Assembly (NCBI GenBank): GCA_963807635.1
Contig: CAWEDJ010000068.1
Coordinates: forward strand, 1-24,747
From: an uncultured cyanobacterium
Lineage (GTDB): Bacteria; Cyanobacteriota; Cyanobacteriia; Cyanobacteriales; Microcystaceae
Direction of reading: 5' to 3'
Length of the DNA: 24,747 nt
The position numbers were made by a program, and so were the translations under genes. Under the pieces are notes generated by a model. The model did no database searches. It was not told the origin of the DNA and saw only the letters and a program-made list of their open reading frames with translations. Positions 1 through 11,812 of the stretch are shown here, one piece after another (the first letter of the stretch is position 1; every line of letters starts with the position of its first letter).

Positions 1-62
1 AAATACACCAATAATCAAATTCTCTCTACTTTCTATTCTCAACATTCAATTCAAAAGTTAAT

Positions 63-401
63 ATGATAATTATTGAAGACAAACAACGTACCCAACAACG
101 CTTAGGAGTTTCCCCCTCAATCCTTCGTGAATTTTGCCAACAAAACAAAATTACTGAATTATCCGTCTTCGGTTCCATCCTACGAGAAGACTTTAACTTT
201 GATAGCGATATTGACTTATTAGTTAATTTTGATCCTAACGCTCATATTAGTTTAATGGATATGATTAAAATAGAAAATGAGCTTAAAATCTTACTTAAAC
301 GAAATATTGATCTCGTCTCTAAAAAAGCAATTGAAAATAGCAAAAACTGGATTCGTCAGCAGAATATCCTGAATAATGCGGAGATTATTTATGTCCAGTG
401 A
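63..401 (+). CDS. mntA: Minimal nucleotidyltransferase (MNT), antitoxin of a HEPN/MNT toxin-antitoxin pair
   Basis: 112 aa with the GS-x10-DxD motif (VFGSILREDFNFDSDIDLLV), the later 'RNIDLV' element and a typical 'IL..AEIIY' C-terminus. Confidence 0.9.
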   Translation: MIIIEDKQRTQQRLGVSPSILREFCQQNKITELSVFGSILREDFNFDSDIDLLVNFDPNAHISLMDMIKIENELKILLKRNIDLVSKKAIENSKNWIRQQNILNNAEIIYVQ

Positions 402-492
402 TCAGGAAAATATTTTAGATCTTTATCACGCTCTTAATCAAATTCTTACCCTCACCCAAAATATGGATAAAGAAACAACAAATGATTGCTAA
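391..492 (+). pseudogene. Truncated HEPN/DUF86 (HepT-like) toxin, N-terminal 33 aa only
   Basis: ATG at 391 overlaps the MNT end and reads MSSDQENILDLYHALNQILTLTQNMDKETTNDC*. This resembles DUF86 N-termini, but it stops at the convergent glcD stop and lacks the Rx4H motif. Confidence 0.6.
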
Positions 493-1972
493 AAAACTTC
501 TAGATCCTTAAATTCCATCAATTTTCGAGCATTGGCAGATTCTCCACAACTGCGAGGAGTCGGAAATAATTTATTAGGATTCGCTAAATGATCAGGATTA
601 AAACAATCCCTCACCCAAGCCATTGTTTCTAAATCCGTTTCATTAAACATAGACGGCATAAAATTATTTTTATCCGAGCCAATCCCATGTTCTCCTGATA
701 AACTTCCCCCTAATTCGACACAGCGTTTGAGAATTTCTCCCCCTAATTCTTCCACCCTTTCCCATTCTCCAGGCACAGAATTATCGTACAAAATCAAAGG
801 ATGTAAATTGCCATCGCCTGCATGGAAAACATTAGCAATACGGAAACCATATTTTTCGCCTAACGCATTAATATCTCCCAAAATTTCTACCAAACAATTA
901 CGGGGAACGACCCCATCCTGCACAAAATAACTCGGACTCATTTTTCCTGCCGCCGCAAAGGCCGCTTTTCTGCCCTTCCACATGGTTAGGCGAGTTTCTA
1001 AATCATTCGCGGAAGTGGTGTTTCTCGCTCCATTCTTGCGACAAATTTCCGCGACTCGGTGTTTATTGGTCTGGACTTCTATGGGTAAGCCATCTAATTC
1101 GACAAGTAAAATCGCGATCGCATCCCTGGGATAGCAATTGGTTGCAACCACGTCTTCAACGGCATTAATACTAAAATTATCCATAATTTCCATGCCTGCG
1201 GGGATAATTCCTGCGGCAATAATATCGGCGACGGATTGAGCAGTGGCTTCCAAACTCATAAAATCTGCGAGCAAAACACAGATCGATTCAGGAGTTTTCA
1301 GGATTTTTAGGGTGATTTCTGTGGCGATCCCTAACGTTCCCTCTGATCCAACGAATACCCCTGTTAAATCATAACCAGGCATTTCGGGCAAATATCCGCC
1401 CACTTCGATAATGGAACCATCGGGAATAACTAATTTGAGACTTAATACATGATTTGTCGTCGCGCCATATTTGAGACAATGAACACCGCCCGAATTTTCG
1501 GCAATATTTCCACCAATGGAGCAAACGGTTTGACTAGAGGGATCGGGAGCATAATAAAAACCCGCCCCACTGACGGCTTGAGTGACCCAGTTGTTAATCA
1601 CGCCAGGTTGGACGACGACCCGTTGATTCTCTAGATCAACTGACAAAATTTGGCGCATTCTCGCTGTAACAATCAAAATTCCTTCAGCTAAGGGCAACGC
1701 CCCGCCCGATAAACCTGTTCCTGCTCCCCTAGCGACCCAGGAAATTTGATGCTCATGACAAAGTTTGACCACTGCGGCCACTTGTTCGGTGGTACGGGGT
1801 AAAACTGCGAATCGCGGGACGTTGCCGATAACCCGTGAGTCCGTCACATTCGTAGGTCAATAATTCATCTTTGCGCTGAATAACGCCGTCTTTTCCTAAA
1901 ATTGCTTCTTAAGGCTTTAACAATGGGTTGCCATTTATTTTCGGTGGGTTTAAAGAGAGATTTTAGTAACAT
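489..1972 (-). CDS. glcD: Glycolate dehydrogenase/oxidase FAD-binding subunit GlcD (frameshifts in the 5' part)
   Basis: Motifs ARGAGTGLSGGA, YAPDPSS, GSEGTLG, HAGDGNLHP and SGEHGIG. The N-terminus (MLLKSLFKPTENKWQPIVKA..ILGKDGVIQRKDELLTYECDGL) reads in shifted frames from the ATG at 1972. Confidence 0.9.
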
Positions 1973-1976
1973 TTCG

Positions 1977-2381
1977 CTATTTTGGCTTATTTTTTTCTAT
2001 CTTAGCAAAATATAAGTAAGCACTCACGGTTGTCGCATTGGTCACAATGGAAATCATATTCCAAAAAATCACCGCAGGAGCCTGAATCAAGAAACCATAG
2101 ACCAGCCATAGACATTGAAAAATTCCTGTGATGGCCGCCATGCGAGGATTTATTCCCTGACGCGATCGCTTTTTTAGCATCACAACCAAATCGGGCAAGG
2201 AAGCAAAGGTTGTCCCAAATCCAGCAATTAATCCGATTAACTCTACCCCAAAGGGTTTATTAGATGACAAATTTGACGGATTAGCCTGGACGCTCATGAG
2301 AGGAGTGAGAATAAAAGCAACCGTTATCAAGGCATAAATGACATAACGAAAAATTTTAATGACTAACTTATTTTGAATCAT
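1977..2381 (-). CDS. SemiSWEET/PQ-loop (MtN3) family small transporter with N-terminal extension
   Basis: 'IGLIAGFGTTFASLPDL..MLKKRS..GIN....LWLVYGFLI..PAVIFWN' matches the 3-TM SemiSWEET pattern. About 45 extra N-terminal residues look like a signal peptide or TM segment. Confidence 0.8.
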   Translation of the reverse strand: MIQNKLVIKIFRYVIYALITVAFILTPLMSVQANPSNLSSNKPFGVELIGLIAGFGTTFASLPDLVVMLKKRSRQGINPRMAAITGIFQCLWLVYGFLIQAPAVIFWNMISIVTNATTVSAYLYFAKIEKNKPK

Positions 2382-2438
2382 TAGCTCTTAAACTTGATGT
2401 TTGACAACAAATTGTGTTGTGATGACGGACAAACCTTT

Positions 2439-3417
<979 letters not shown>

Positions 3418-3444
3418 AGAATAGGTGAATAGGCGATCGCGACC

Positions 3445-4860
3445 ATGAGCGAATTGAATAGAAAGCCCATGACTGATTTAATGATTCATCTCCAGAATTG
3501 GACTGATCAAAAAAAATTTATTGGTTATGATAATCGTTTTTTTTATCAATTAGTAGAGACGTATATTCAACAATTCAATTTCTCAAAAAAACAGTTAGAA
3601 AATAACTCAATTTTTAAGATTATTTTAGCGGAAAGAGAACCTGATAGATTTCTAGCAGTCTTTCTCGCTTGCATTATCACTAAAACCCTAGTTTTTTTAG
3701 CGAATCCTGATTGGCAAGCATCTGAATGGAAACAGGTTTTTGAATTGGTCGATCCAGATTTGATTTTCGGTCTTGATCAAGATTTTTCGATTAACAATAA
3801 ATCTATCAAAAAAACTTTTTTAGTAAATAATGAATATTTAAACCAAAGTTTAGTGATGATTCCCACAGGAGGCACATCAGGAAAAATTAAATTTGCGATC
3901 CATACTTGGTCAACTTTAACGGCATCCTATCAAGGTTTACGAGAATATTTTAATTTAGAAAAAATTAATTCATTTTGTTTACTGCCTCTCTACCATGTTA
4001 GTGGCTTAATGCAGTTTGTACGGTCTTTTTTAAGTTTAGGTGAATTAATTGTTTTACCCTATTCTTCTTTTAAAAATAATCCTATTTTAGCCTTTGAATA
4101 TCAATCTTTTTTTATTTCCTTAGTTCCTAAACAACTACATTTTTTCTTAGATAATTATCCTGATTGGCTGACTCAATTTCCAATAGTTTTATTAGGCGGA
4201 GAAAAAGCTTCTCTTAACTTATTAGAAAGAGCTAGAGAAAAAAAGATAAAACTGGCTTTAACCTATGGAATGACAGAAACAGCTTCCCAAATTGTTACCT
4301 TGAAACCCCAGGATTTTATTTGCCAGAATAATACAGTCAGCAAAACTCTACCCCATGCTCAAATGATGATCTGTGATGAACAGGGGCAAGAATTATCCAA
4401 TCATCAAACGGGTATTATTGCGATTAAAGCAAAATCTTTATTTTTAGGTTATTACCCTAATTTCAATGATTCTAATATTTTTCTAACAGATGATTTGGGC
4501 TATTTTGATGAGCAAAACTATTTGCATATCATCGGTCGTAATAGCCAAAAAATTATTACAGGGGGAGAAAACGTTTTTCCTCTTGAAGTAGAAACGGCTA
4601 TTTTAGAGACTCAATTGGTGAAAGATGTTGTCGTCATTGGTGTACTTGATGAGCAATGGGGTGAAGTGGTCACAGCCATTTATATTTCTCCTAGCAACGA
4701 TTTTGATTTAGAAGAATTGAAAATTATTCTGAGAAAACAACTCAGTGCTTACAAATGCCCTAAACATTGGTTTGCTGTTGATCAAATTCCGAGAACAACT
4801 ATAGGGAAAATTAATTATCAATTCCTAAAAAAGTATGCCGCGTCCCAATTGAGAGATTAA
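3445..4860 (+). CDS. menE: O-succinylbenzoate-CoA ligase (phylloquinone biosynthesis)
   Basis: AMP-binding motifs IPTGGTSGKIKFAIH, LPLYHVSG, TYGMTET, TDDLG, IITGGENVFP and GKI. The PTGG..G.IKF loop is typical of cyanobacterial MenE. An alternative start is at 3469. Confidence 0.85.
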   Translation: MSELNRKPMTDLMIHLQNWTDQKKFIGYDNRFFYQLVETYIQQFNFSKKQLENNSIFKIILAEREPDRFLAVFLACIITKTLVFLANPDWQASEWKQVFELVDPDLIFGLDQDFSINNKSIKKTFLVNNEYLNQSLVMIPTGGTSGKIKFAIHTWSTLTASYQGLREYFNLEKINSFCLLPLYHVSGLMQFVRSFLSLGELIVLPYSSFKNNPILAFEYQSFFISLVPKQLHFFLDNYPDWLTQFPIVLLGGEKASLNLLERAREKKIKLALTYGMTETASQIVTLKPQDFICQNNTVSKTLPHAQMMICDEQGQELSNHQTGIIAIKAKSLFLGYYPNFNDSNIFLTDDLGYFDEQNYLHIIGRNSQKIITGGENVFPLEVETAILETQLVKDVVVIGVLDEQWGEVVTAIYISPSNDFDLEELKIILRKQLSAYKCPKHWFAVDQIPRTTIGKINYQFLKKYAASQLRD

Positions 4861-4903
4861 TTCGTTGTTGATGCTGATTTCGACTAAGCTCACTCAACTA
4901 CTT

Positions 4904-5412
4904 TTATTGGGATAACTGGCGTTTTAAAATCTCTAAAGCTGACCAACGACCATCCGCACTCACTTCGACTGGGGGAATATCGCCAGGGGAGCTTGGCAAT
5001 CATTTCCGCATAATCGGCGCAGGGGAAACGCTAGGGAAAACTGTTCATAAAGCCATTTTTCAACTTCAAAATGTCCCTCTGGAGAAAGGGTTTCAGAAAG
5101 ATCTTCACAGGAAACTTCTCTTTCCTTGGGAAATTTTTGGGGAAGATCGGCTTCCTTATCGAGCCAAATAATTTCTGATTGGTCTAGGGCTAAACGTTGA
5201 TTATATTGTTTGGTACAGCGATCGCAGCTAAAAGTGATAATGGTTTCTGCTTTGACGGTAATTTCTAAAAAAGTTCCGCCATGCCGAACTGTCATTTTTC
5301 CCCGCACAGGCGTTAAAGACTCTAATTTTGAAACATTTTCATCAATAATTAAAGATTGGGTGCGATCGCCAAAGTTGAGGAGGTGGGGAATATAAATGGA
5401 TTGGATAGTCAT
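4904..5412 (-). CDS. yceD: YceD/DUF177 family protein (frameshift near the 3' end)
   Basis: CDRC motif, 'WLYEQFSLAFPLRRLCGNDC', and the conserved tail 'DGRWSALEILKRQLSQ*' in a shifted frame ending at 4904. Confidence 0.85.
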
Positions 5413-5466
5413 GGGAACTCACCAGAAAACAGAAAATCAATTGACCTACATTCTAAACTGTAAACT

Positions 5467-6216
5467 CTAACCCATACGACTGAGAAAGGTTTTGAGCCGA
5501 TCGCTCTTAGGGTTACTGAAAACATCGTCAGGATGGCCAGCTTCTTCCACAATCCCTTCATTGAAAAAGAGAACTTTATTGGAGACTTCACGGGCAAACT
5601 GCATTTCGTGGGTAACAACGGCCATGGTCATACCTTCTTCCGCTAATTGTTTCATCACATTTAGCACTTCCCCCACTAATTCGGGATCAAGCGCACTGGT
5701 CGGTTCATCAAATAGCAAAACTTCGGGTTTCATACACAACCCCCGCGCGATCGCTACCCGTTGTTTTTGTCCCCCCGATAATTGATCAGGATAGGAATCT
5801 GCTTTGGAGCCTAGACCAACTTTTTCTAAATACATTAAAGCCCGTTCCTTGCATTCCGCGACGGGTAACTTTAAAACTTTTTGAGGAGCCAACATCAAAT
5901 TTTGTAAAACGGTCAAATGGGGAAATAAATTAAAATGCTGAAATACCATTCCCACTCGCACCCGCAACTTTCGTAATTCATTTTGACTCACATTTTGTTC
6001 AGACAGATCTACCCCAGCAACACTCAATTTACCGCCACTAATCACTTCCAATCGGTTTAAACAACGCAAAAAAGTGCTTTTTCCACAGCCAGAAGGGCCA
6101 ATAATCGAAATCACGTCGCCTGGGTACATTGCGCCATTAACTCCCTTGAGTACCTTTAATGAACCAAAGCTTTTTTGAAGATCCTCGCAAACAACGATGG
6201 GCAGAGCGGCGGTCAT
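5467..6216 (-). CDS. bgtA: Polar amino-acid ABC transporter ATP-binding subunit (GlnQ/BgtA type)
   Basis: Walker [10 protein letters not shown]-loop MVFQHFNLF, signature LSGGQKQR, Walker [14 protein letters not shown] and H-loop VTHEM. Confidence 0.85.
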   Translation of the reverse strand: MTAALPIVVCEDLQKSFGSLKVLKGVNGAMYPGDVISIIGPSGCGKSTFLRCLNRLEVISGGKLSVAGVDLSEQNVSQNELRKLRVRVGMVFQHFNLFPHLTVLQNLMLAPQKVLKLPVAECKERALMYLEKVGLGSKADSYPDQLSGGQKQRVAIARGLCMKPEVLLFDEPTSALDPELVGEVLNVMKQLAEEGMTMAVVTHEMQFAREVSNKVLFFNEGIVEEAGHPDDVFSNPKSDRLKTFLSRMG

Positions 6217-6276
6217 GGCAAATTGTCCTACTGAATTGTTATTTTCTTCAAAATATCTAAAGTTTTTCGTCTTAAT

Positions 6277-6292
6277 TGTATAGAAAATTACA
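6277..6292. promoter_or_regulatory. NtcA-binding site between divergent bgtA and bgtB
   Basis: TGTA-TAGAAAAT-TACA fits GTA-N8-TAC. On the minus strand a TA-N3-T element (TATTTT, 6255-6250) lies exactly 22 nt downstream. Confidence 0.7.
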
Positions 6293-6399
6293 TTTTTTAT
6301 CCAGTTGAAGATGAATACTATTGGGGAAATGCAGGATAGAAAGTTTTTACCCCTGGCTCTTCTGTGTGGGATTTGCTTGAGGAGAAAAAATTAATCAAC

Positions 6400-7953
6400 A
6401 TGAAATTTTTTAAAGGATTAGGTCAATTTCGTCACTTAATTTTGGCGTTTTTAGGACTATTTTTAGTATTCGGATTACAGATTATTCCTGCGGTTTCTCA
6501 GGATGCGGGCAAGACTTTCATCGTTGCGACGGAACCAACCTTTCCTCCCTTTGAAATGATCGATAAAAATACAGGAACCTTAACGGGTTTTGATATTGAT
6601 TTAATCAAAGCCATTGGTAAGGAAGTTGATCTCAATATCCAGATTGAAAGTCTGCCCTTTGATGGTATTATTCCTGCGTTGCAATCAGGGACTATCCAGG
6701 CGGCAATTAGTGAGAATACGATCACCGCAGAACGCGCTCAATCTATCGCTTTTTCTAGTCCTTATTTCAAAGCAACCTTAGCGATCGCTGTCCAAGAAAA
6801 TAACAATAGTGTCAAAAGTATAGAAGATCTAAAGGGCAAAAGAATTGCGGTACAAATCGGCACAACGGGAGCAATGGAAGCGGCCAAAGTTCCCAATGCA
6901 GAAATTGTCACCTTCGATTCTCCGGCGATCGCTCTCCAAGAACTGGTTAATGGTAAAGTCGATGCGGTGATCAACGATCGCCCCCGTGACCCTTTTTGCG
7001 ATCAAAGAAGCGGGATTACGAGGGGTTAAAGTTGCCGCAGAAACGGGAACAGCAGATTATTACGGGATCGGGATGCCCAAACCTCGTTCTGAAGCCCTCA
7101 ACCTCAACCGATCGCTGATTAATTACGGACTTTTTAAGGTCATTGAAAAAGGAACCTACAGGGCAATTTATCAAAAATGGTTTGGTGCCGAGCCGCCCTT
7201 CTTGCCCCTAGTCGCCCCTGCCGTGATAGGAACGGCTGATGCGATCACAACTAATGAGACTGGGCCTGCCGAAAACTTCTTTGTGGCTCTCTTCCGCAAC
7301 CTCATTCGCGGTGCTGGTGTTACCGTTCTGTTAACCATTTTTGCCGTTTTCTTTGGGCTGATTGGAGGAACCTTCGTTGCCCTTGGATTACTGTCTCCCG
7401 TTGCCATTGTGCAGTGGTTTTTCCGTATTTATGTGGAGTTTTTCCGAGGAACTCCTATGCTGGTGCAACTCTTTATTATTTACTTTGGTTTACCAGGGTT
7501 ATTTAAAGAAATTGGACTGGAATGGACATTGGAACGTTTTCCTGCGGCGGTAATTGCCCTCAGTTTAAATGTAGCGGCTTATCTGGCAGAAATTATTCGA
7601 GGCGGTATTCAATCCATTGATCCAGGTCAGGCGGAAGCTTGTCAATCCTTGGGAATGAGTCCTTTCCAAACCATGAAAGAAGTTATCTTTCCCAGGCTTT
7701 TCGACGAGTTATCCCACCTTTAGGGAATGAATTTATTACCCTAATCAAAGATACGAGTTTAACGGCAGTTATTGGTTTTAGTGAACTCTTCCGAGAAGGT
7801 CAATTAATAGTTGCTGTGACCTACAAATCCTTTGAAGTTTATATTGCGGTTGCGCTGGTTTATTTAGTGTTGACCACCATTTCTTCTTTCTTCTTTAAAT
7901 GGTTAGAAATCTACCTAGATCCCGTCGGTCAAGCTAAAAAGAAAGCTGCTTAA
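6400..7953 (+). CDS. bgtB: Amino-acid ABC transporter, substrate-binding domain fused to permease (two frameshifts, near 6983 and 7692)
   Basis: SBP family 3 motifs (VATEPTFPPFE, GFDIDL, FDGIIPALQ) continue across ORFs 6986-7723 and 7639-7953 into permease motifs (RGTPMLVQLF, AYLAEIIRGGIQSIDPGQ.EA, NEFITLIKDTSL). Confidence 0.85.
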
Positions 7954-8006
7954 GGGTCAATTTTATCTTAATTTTTTTACTTTTTTATTTAGGTGAGGAG
8001 TGTGTC

Positions 8007-9752
8007 ATGTTAAACAATTTGAGCAAGGTTTTTGGGATTGGGTTAATCGGTTTAGGAATCACTCCTTTATTTTCGGGAGTCGCCCTAGCCAATGAGGATA
8101 ACCTTGAATCCATCCAAGCATTTCAAAAACAGTCCGCCGCGATCGCCCAAAAACGTCAAAATCTGAAACTCAAAACCTTTCAAGATGGAGGTTTCAGTAG
8201 CGACATGGGAAAAATCACCAATGTCTCAGATATGAACTCGCGATCGATGAATCAGGTGACCAGCGTGAATGAACTCAGGGATGTGCAACCGACTGAATGG
8301 GCCTATGAAGCCCTGAAAAGCTTAGTCGAACGCTATGGTTGCATCGTCGGTTATCCCGATCGCACCTTTCCAGGAAATGGCGCCCTCAGCCGTTGGGAAT
8401 TTGCGGCGGGTTTAAATGCTTGTTTAAACACAATGGAGCGTTTATTACAGGAAAATGTCGCCGTTTTACGGGAAGACATCGACAAGCTCAAACAATTAGC
8501 CCAACAATTTGAACAGGAAATAGGGGCAATGGGGGCAAGGGTTGATAATCTCGAAACGCAACGGCCTGATTTAGAAGACCATCAATTTTCCACGACGACG
8601 AAATTAAATGGTGATGTGATCCTGATCTATTCGGGGGTTGCGGGTACAGAACAGGCTAAATGGCCCGCCGAATCAACCCATCCAAAATGGACAAATCACC
8701 GCCAATTACCGATCGCGGATGAATTTTGATACCAGCTTTACGGGGGAAGATCAACTCCGAGTCAGAATCCAAACGGCTAACTATTTCTTAGGCAGAGCGG
8801 GCAGTAATTTAACCGACTTTAACTTTAGTGTTGCCAGTGATAAAAATATTCCCCAGGTCAATAAACTCCAATATCGCTTTCCTGTGGGTGAGAGTTTAAC
8901 CGTTTGGATCAATGGCGCGAAAATCACCCTAGATGATGTTGCCGATCCCCTAGCTCCCTTTACTAATTCCTTTACCGATGGAGCTTTATCCTTCTTTGGC
9001 GCGATCGCCCCGATTTATTTACTCAGCGATAACACAGGGCCCAGGCGCAGGAGCCTCCTACAGTTTTAGTAAGAATTTAAGTTTAGGAGCCTTTTATTCC
9101 GCAGGAAAAGGATATAGTCCCGAATCAGGCCAGGGTTTATTTAATGGGCAATATGTCGCAGGAACCCAATTAACCTATCTTCCTTCCGCCGACACAGGCA
9201 TTGGGATTGCCTACTCTCGCCAATATATTCCTCAGAATCAATACGATAGCTTTGGAGTGGCAGGATTTACAGGTTTAGCCAATGCGGATAATCCCTTTAG
9301 CTTTGCCAATCGGGACAATTTTGGGGATGGGAACGCCACTTCCTCCGATAACATTGCTATCTTGGGGAACCTGGCGCATCGCTCCTGGTTTCAGCATGGA
9401 AGGTTGGGGAATGTACACCAGTGCTTATGCCGAAGGCGGCAATCGCGCGGGAGATAGTGCCGATATTTGGAACTGGAAAGTTAGTTTTGCCTTTCCTGAC
9501 TTGTTTCAAGAAGGAAATCTCGGCGTAATTTCAGTAGGTCAACCCCCCTATGCAGCCACCCTTAGTAACAATAACAATCTCCCTGACGTAACGCCTTCAA
9601 CAACGACGGCTCCTTGGTTTGCGGAAAGTTTCTATGTCTTTAAGGTGAATGAGAATATCTCCATTTCCCCAGGGCTTTGGGTCGGCACAAGTCCTGCCAA
9701 TGAGCGCGATCCCCTCTGGATTGGGGCAATTCGTACTAGCTTTAAGTTCTAG
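8007..9752 (+). CDS. Cyanobacterial outer-membrane porin (SLH domain + OprB-like barrel), three frameshifts
   Basis: Signal peptide, 'QVTSVNELRDVQPTEWAYEALKSLVERYGCIVGYPD', 'QFSTTTKLNG', 'FDTSFTGEDQL' and C-terminal 'GAIRTSFKF'. Confidence 0.9.
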
Positions 9753-9768
9753 AATCCTCAAAATTATG

Positions 9769-9811
9769 AACTGTGGTCACAATTATCCCTAGTTAAGACC
9801 GCAGTTTTTTT
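9769..9811 (+). terminator. Probable intrinsic terminator after the porin gene
   Basis: AACTGTGGTC...GACCGCAGTT stem (long loop) followed by a T run. Confidence 0.5.
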
Positions 9812-9918
9812 AATGTCGTTTTTGAGGTCAAAATCAAAATATTTACCTAGCTTGCTTGCATTCAGAGAAAATAACAGAGACAATATCCATCAAAAGTTCT
9901 ATTAAAAAAAAACGCCCC

Positions 9919-10392
9919 GTGATTGCCATTTACCCAGGTAGCTTTGATCCCATTACCCTCGGTCATCTTGATATTATTGAACGAGGAGCCAAATTGTTCG
10001 AGCAGGTGATTGTGGCAGTCCTGTGTAATCCTAGTAAATCCCCTCTTTTTTCCGTAGAAACACGGATAGAGCAAATTCGGGAATCAACCCAACATCTGAG
10101 GAATATCGAAGTCGATAGTTTCACAGGATTAACGGTAGAATATGCAAAATCACGCCAAGCCAGCGTCCTACTCCGAGGGTTACGAGTCCTCTCTGATTTT
10201 GAAAAAGAATTACAGATGGCTCATACTAATCAGACGCTCTGGGACGGAATTGAGACAGTTTTTTTAGCGACTACCAAAGAATATAGCTTCTTAAGTAGTA
10301 GTATTGTCAAAGAAATCGCCCAATTTGGGGGAACGATTGATCACCTAGTCCCTGAAAATATCGCTAGAGATATCTACGTATATTACAGTTAG
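9919..10392 (+). CDS. coaD: Phosphopantetheine adenylyltransferase
   Basis: [30 protein letters not shown] and [10 protein letters not shown]. The likely start is the GTG at 9919. Confidence 0.95.
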   Translation: MIAIYPGSFDPITLGHLDIIERGAKLFEQVIVAVLCNPSKSPLFSVETRIEQIRESTQHLRNIEVDSFTGLTVEYAKSRQASVLLRGLRVLSDFEKELQMAHTNQTLWDGIETVFLATTKEYSFLSSSIVKEIAQFGGTIDHLVPENIARDIYVYYS

Positions 10393-10436
10393 ACTAGTAA
10401 AGTTAAAATGAATCTATAAAAAATTTATCGCTAACT

Positions 10437-11190
10437 ATGACACGCCGAGAGAATCCCACTCCTGAAACCAATCAATCCAATACGGCTACTCGTCGTCGGA
10501 TTGTCGATTTTGATGTCCAACAAGAGTTAGCGGAACTACAAGAGTTAATTTATGAAAGTTTTCATATTCCCCTGACAAATTGGACGGTCGTGGATGAAGG
10601 TAAACTTCTCGATCAAATTGAAATGATTAGCGATAATTTACCTGAAGCGATTCAGAAGGCTCTGGCTGTATTAGATCAAGAAGAATCAATCATGACCCAA
10701 GCAGAGGCCTATGCCCAACGAATTGTCCAGTCAGCCCAACAACAAGCGGCGGAAATATTAGATCAATCGGGTATTATTCAACAAGCCGAACAACAAGCCA
10801 GCCAAATTCGTCTCCAAGTGCAACAGGAGGTGGAGGCTCTGCAACGTCAAACGATGAGTGAGTTAGAGCAAATTCGACAGGTGACGACCCAAGAAGTTCC
10901 AGCAGTTTCGCCAACAGACGACCCAAGAGGTTCAACAATATCGCCAACAAACGGTGCGAGAATGCCAGGAAATTCAGCAAGATGCGGATAAATATGCAGA
11001 TGCGGTACTGAGTCGAATTGAGCGGGATTTGGGAGAAATGATGCGGATCGTCGCTAATGGTCGGCAACGGCTGTATGAAAATCCACCGAACCAGAACTCG
11101 GCTAATCAAAATATGATTACTCCCCAAACGAATCAGGTTTCTACCAGGGTTGCTGAACGGGCGGAACGACCGAGAAAACGCACTCGTTAG
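10437..11190 (+). CDS. cdv3: DivIVA-like coiled-coil cell-division protein (Cdv3 type), frameshift near 10900
   Basis: 'HIPLTNWTVVDEGKLLDQI', 'AEAYAQRIVQSAQQQA..ILD..GII.QA' and 'QQDADKYADAVL..IE..L.EM.RIV.NGRQ.L'. It lies directly downstream of coaD, the usual cyanobacterial arrangement. Confidence 0.75.
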
Positions 11191-11322
11191 ACTCTAGGGC
11201 GATTTAGACGTCATTTTGTCGGTTGCTTTCTGATATTTGCCTAGAAATCTCGTCTATCCTATAAATAGCAGAGATAAATGAAATATTTTTCTAAACACAC
11301 TTAACGCAAGACGGTGTAAGCT

Positions 11323-11607
11323 ATGCCTACAATCATTGAAACAGATTTAAAGGAGGTTCTCGACAGAATTGACAAGAGATTAAACTCGATTGAATCTGAC
11401 CTAACCACGATTAAAGTTGATGTCGCAACGGTTAAGACAACGGTTAATTCCCTAGAAAATAGACTAGAAAAAATAGAAACAGAACAGAAAACCTTAATTA
11501 AGGACATGGCAGACCTAAAAGGGGCAAAATCTTTGATTATTCCAATTATCGTCGCAGTTACGACCAGTTTGATTACCTTACTGATTCGCGCGATTCCTAA
11601 CCCTTAA
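11323..11607 (+). CDS. Small coiled-coil protein with C-terminal membrane anchor (DUF4164/XhlA-like cyanobacterial family)
   Basis: 'IETDLKEVL.RID.RL' start, heptad repeats and the hydrophobic tail LIIPIIVAVTTSLITLLI. Confidence 0.7.
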   Translation: MPTIIETDLKEVLDRIDKRLNSIESDLTTIKVDVATVKTTVNSLENRLEKIETEQKTLIKDMADLKGAKSLIIPIIVAVTTSLITLLIRAIPNP

Positions 11608-11812
11608 ATAAATGGCGATCGCATCGTCGAGCAATCGGTGAAGCGATCAAAGCTCAAGATTTCCATTACCAAAAGCGTCGGTCAAATCACTAAATAATTT
11701 TCATCAAATAATTTTCATCTCTGCAAGCATTTCTACTTTCTTCGGCAATGGATATGTGACAATAAAGTTCGTTATCTCTACAATAAAGACGAATTGCTAA
11801 ATTAGGTATTTT

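Noticed and set aside
3445..4860. AT-rich, HIP1-free menE as a possible horizontally acquired island
   Set aside because: It is a typical cyanobacterial MenE with no mobility signals, and HIP1 gaps of this size occur elsewhere in the window.
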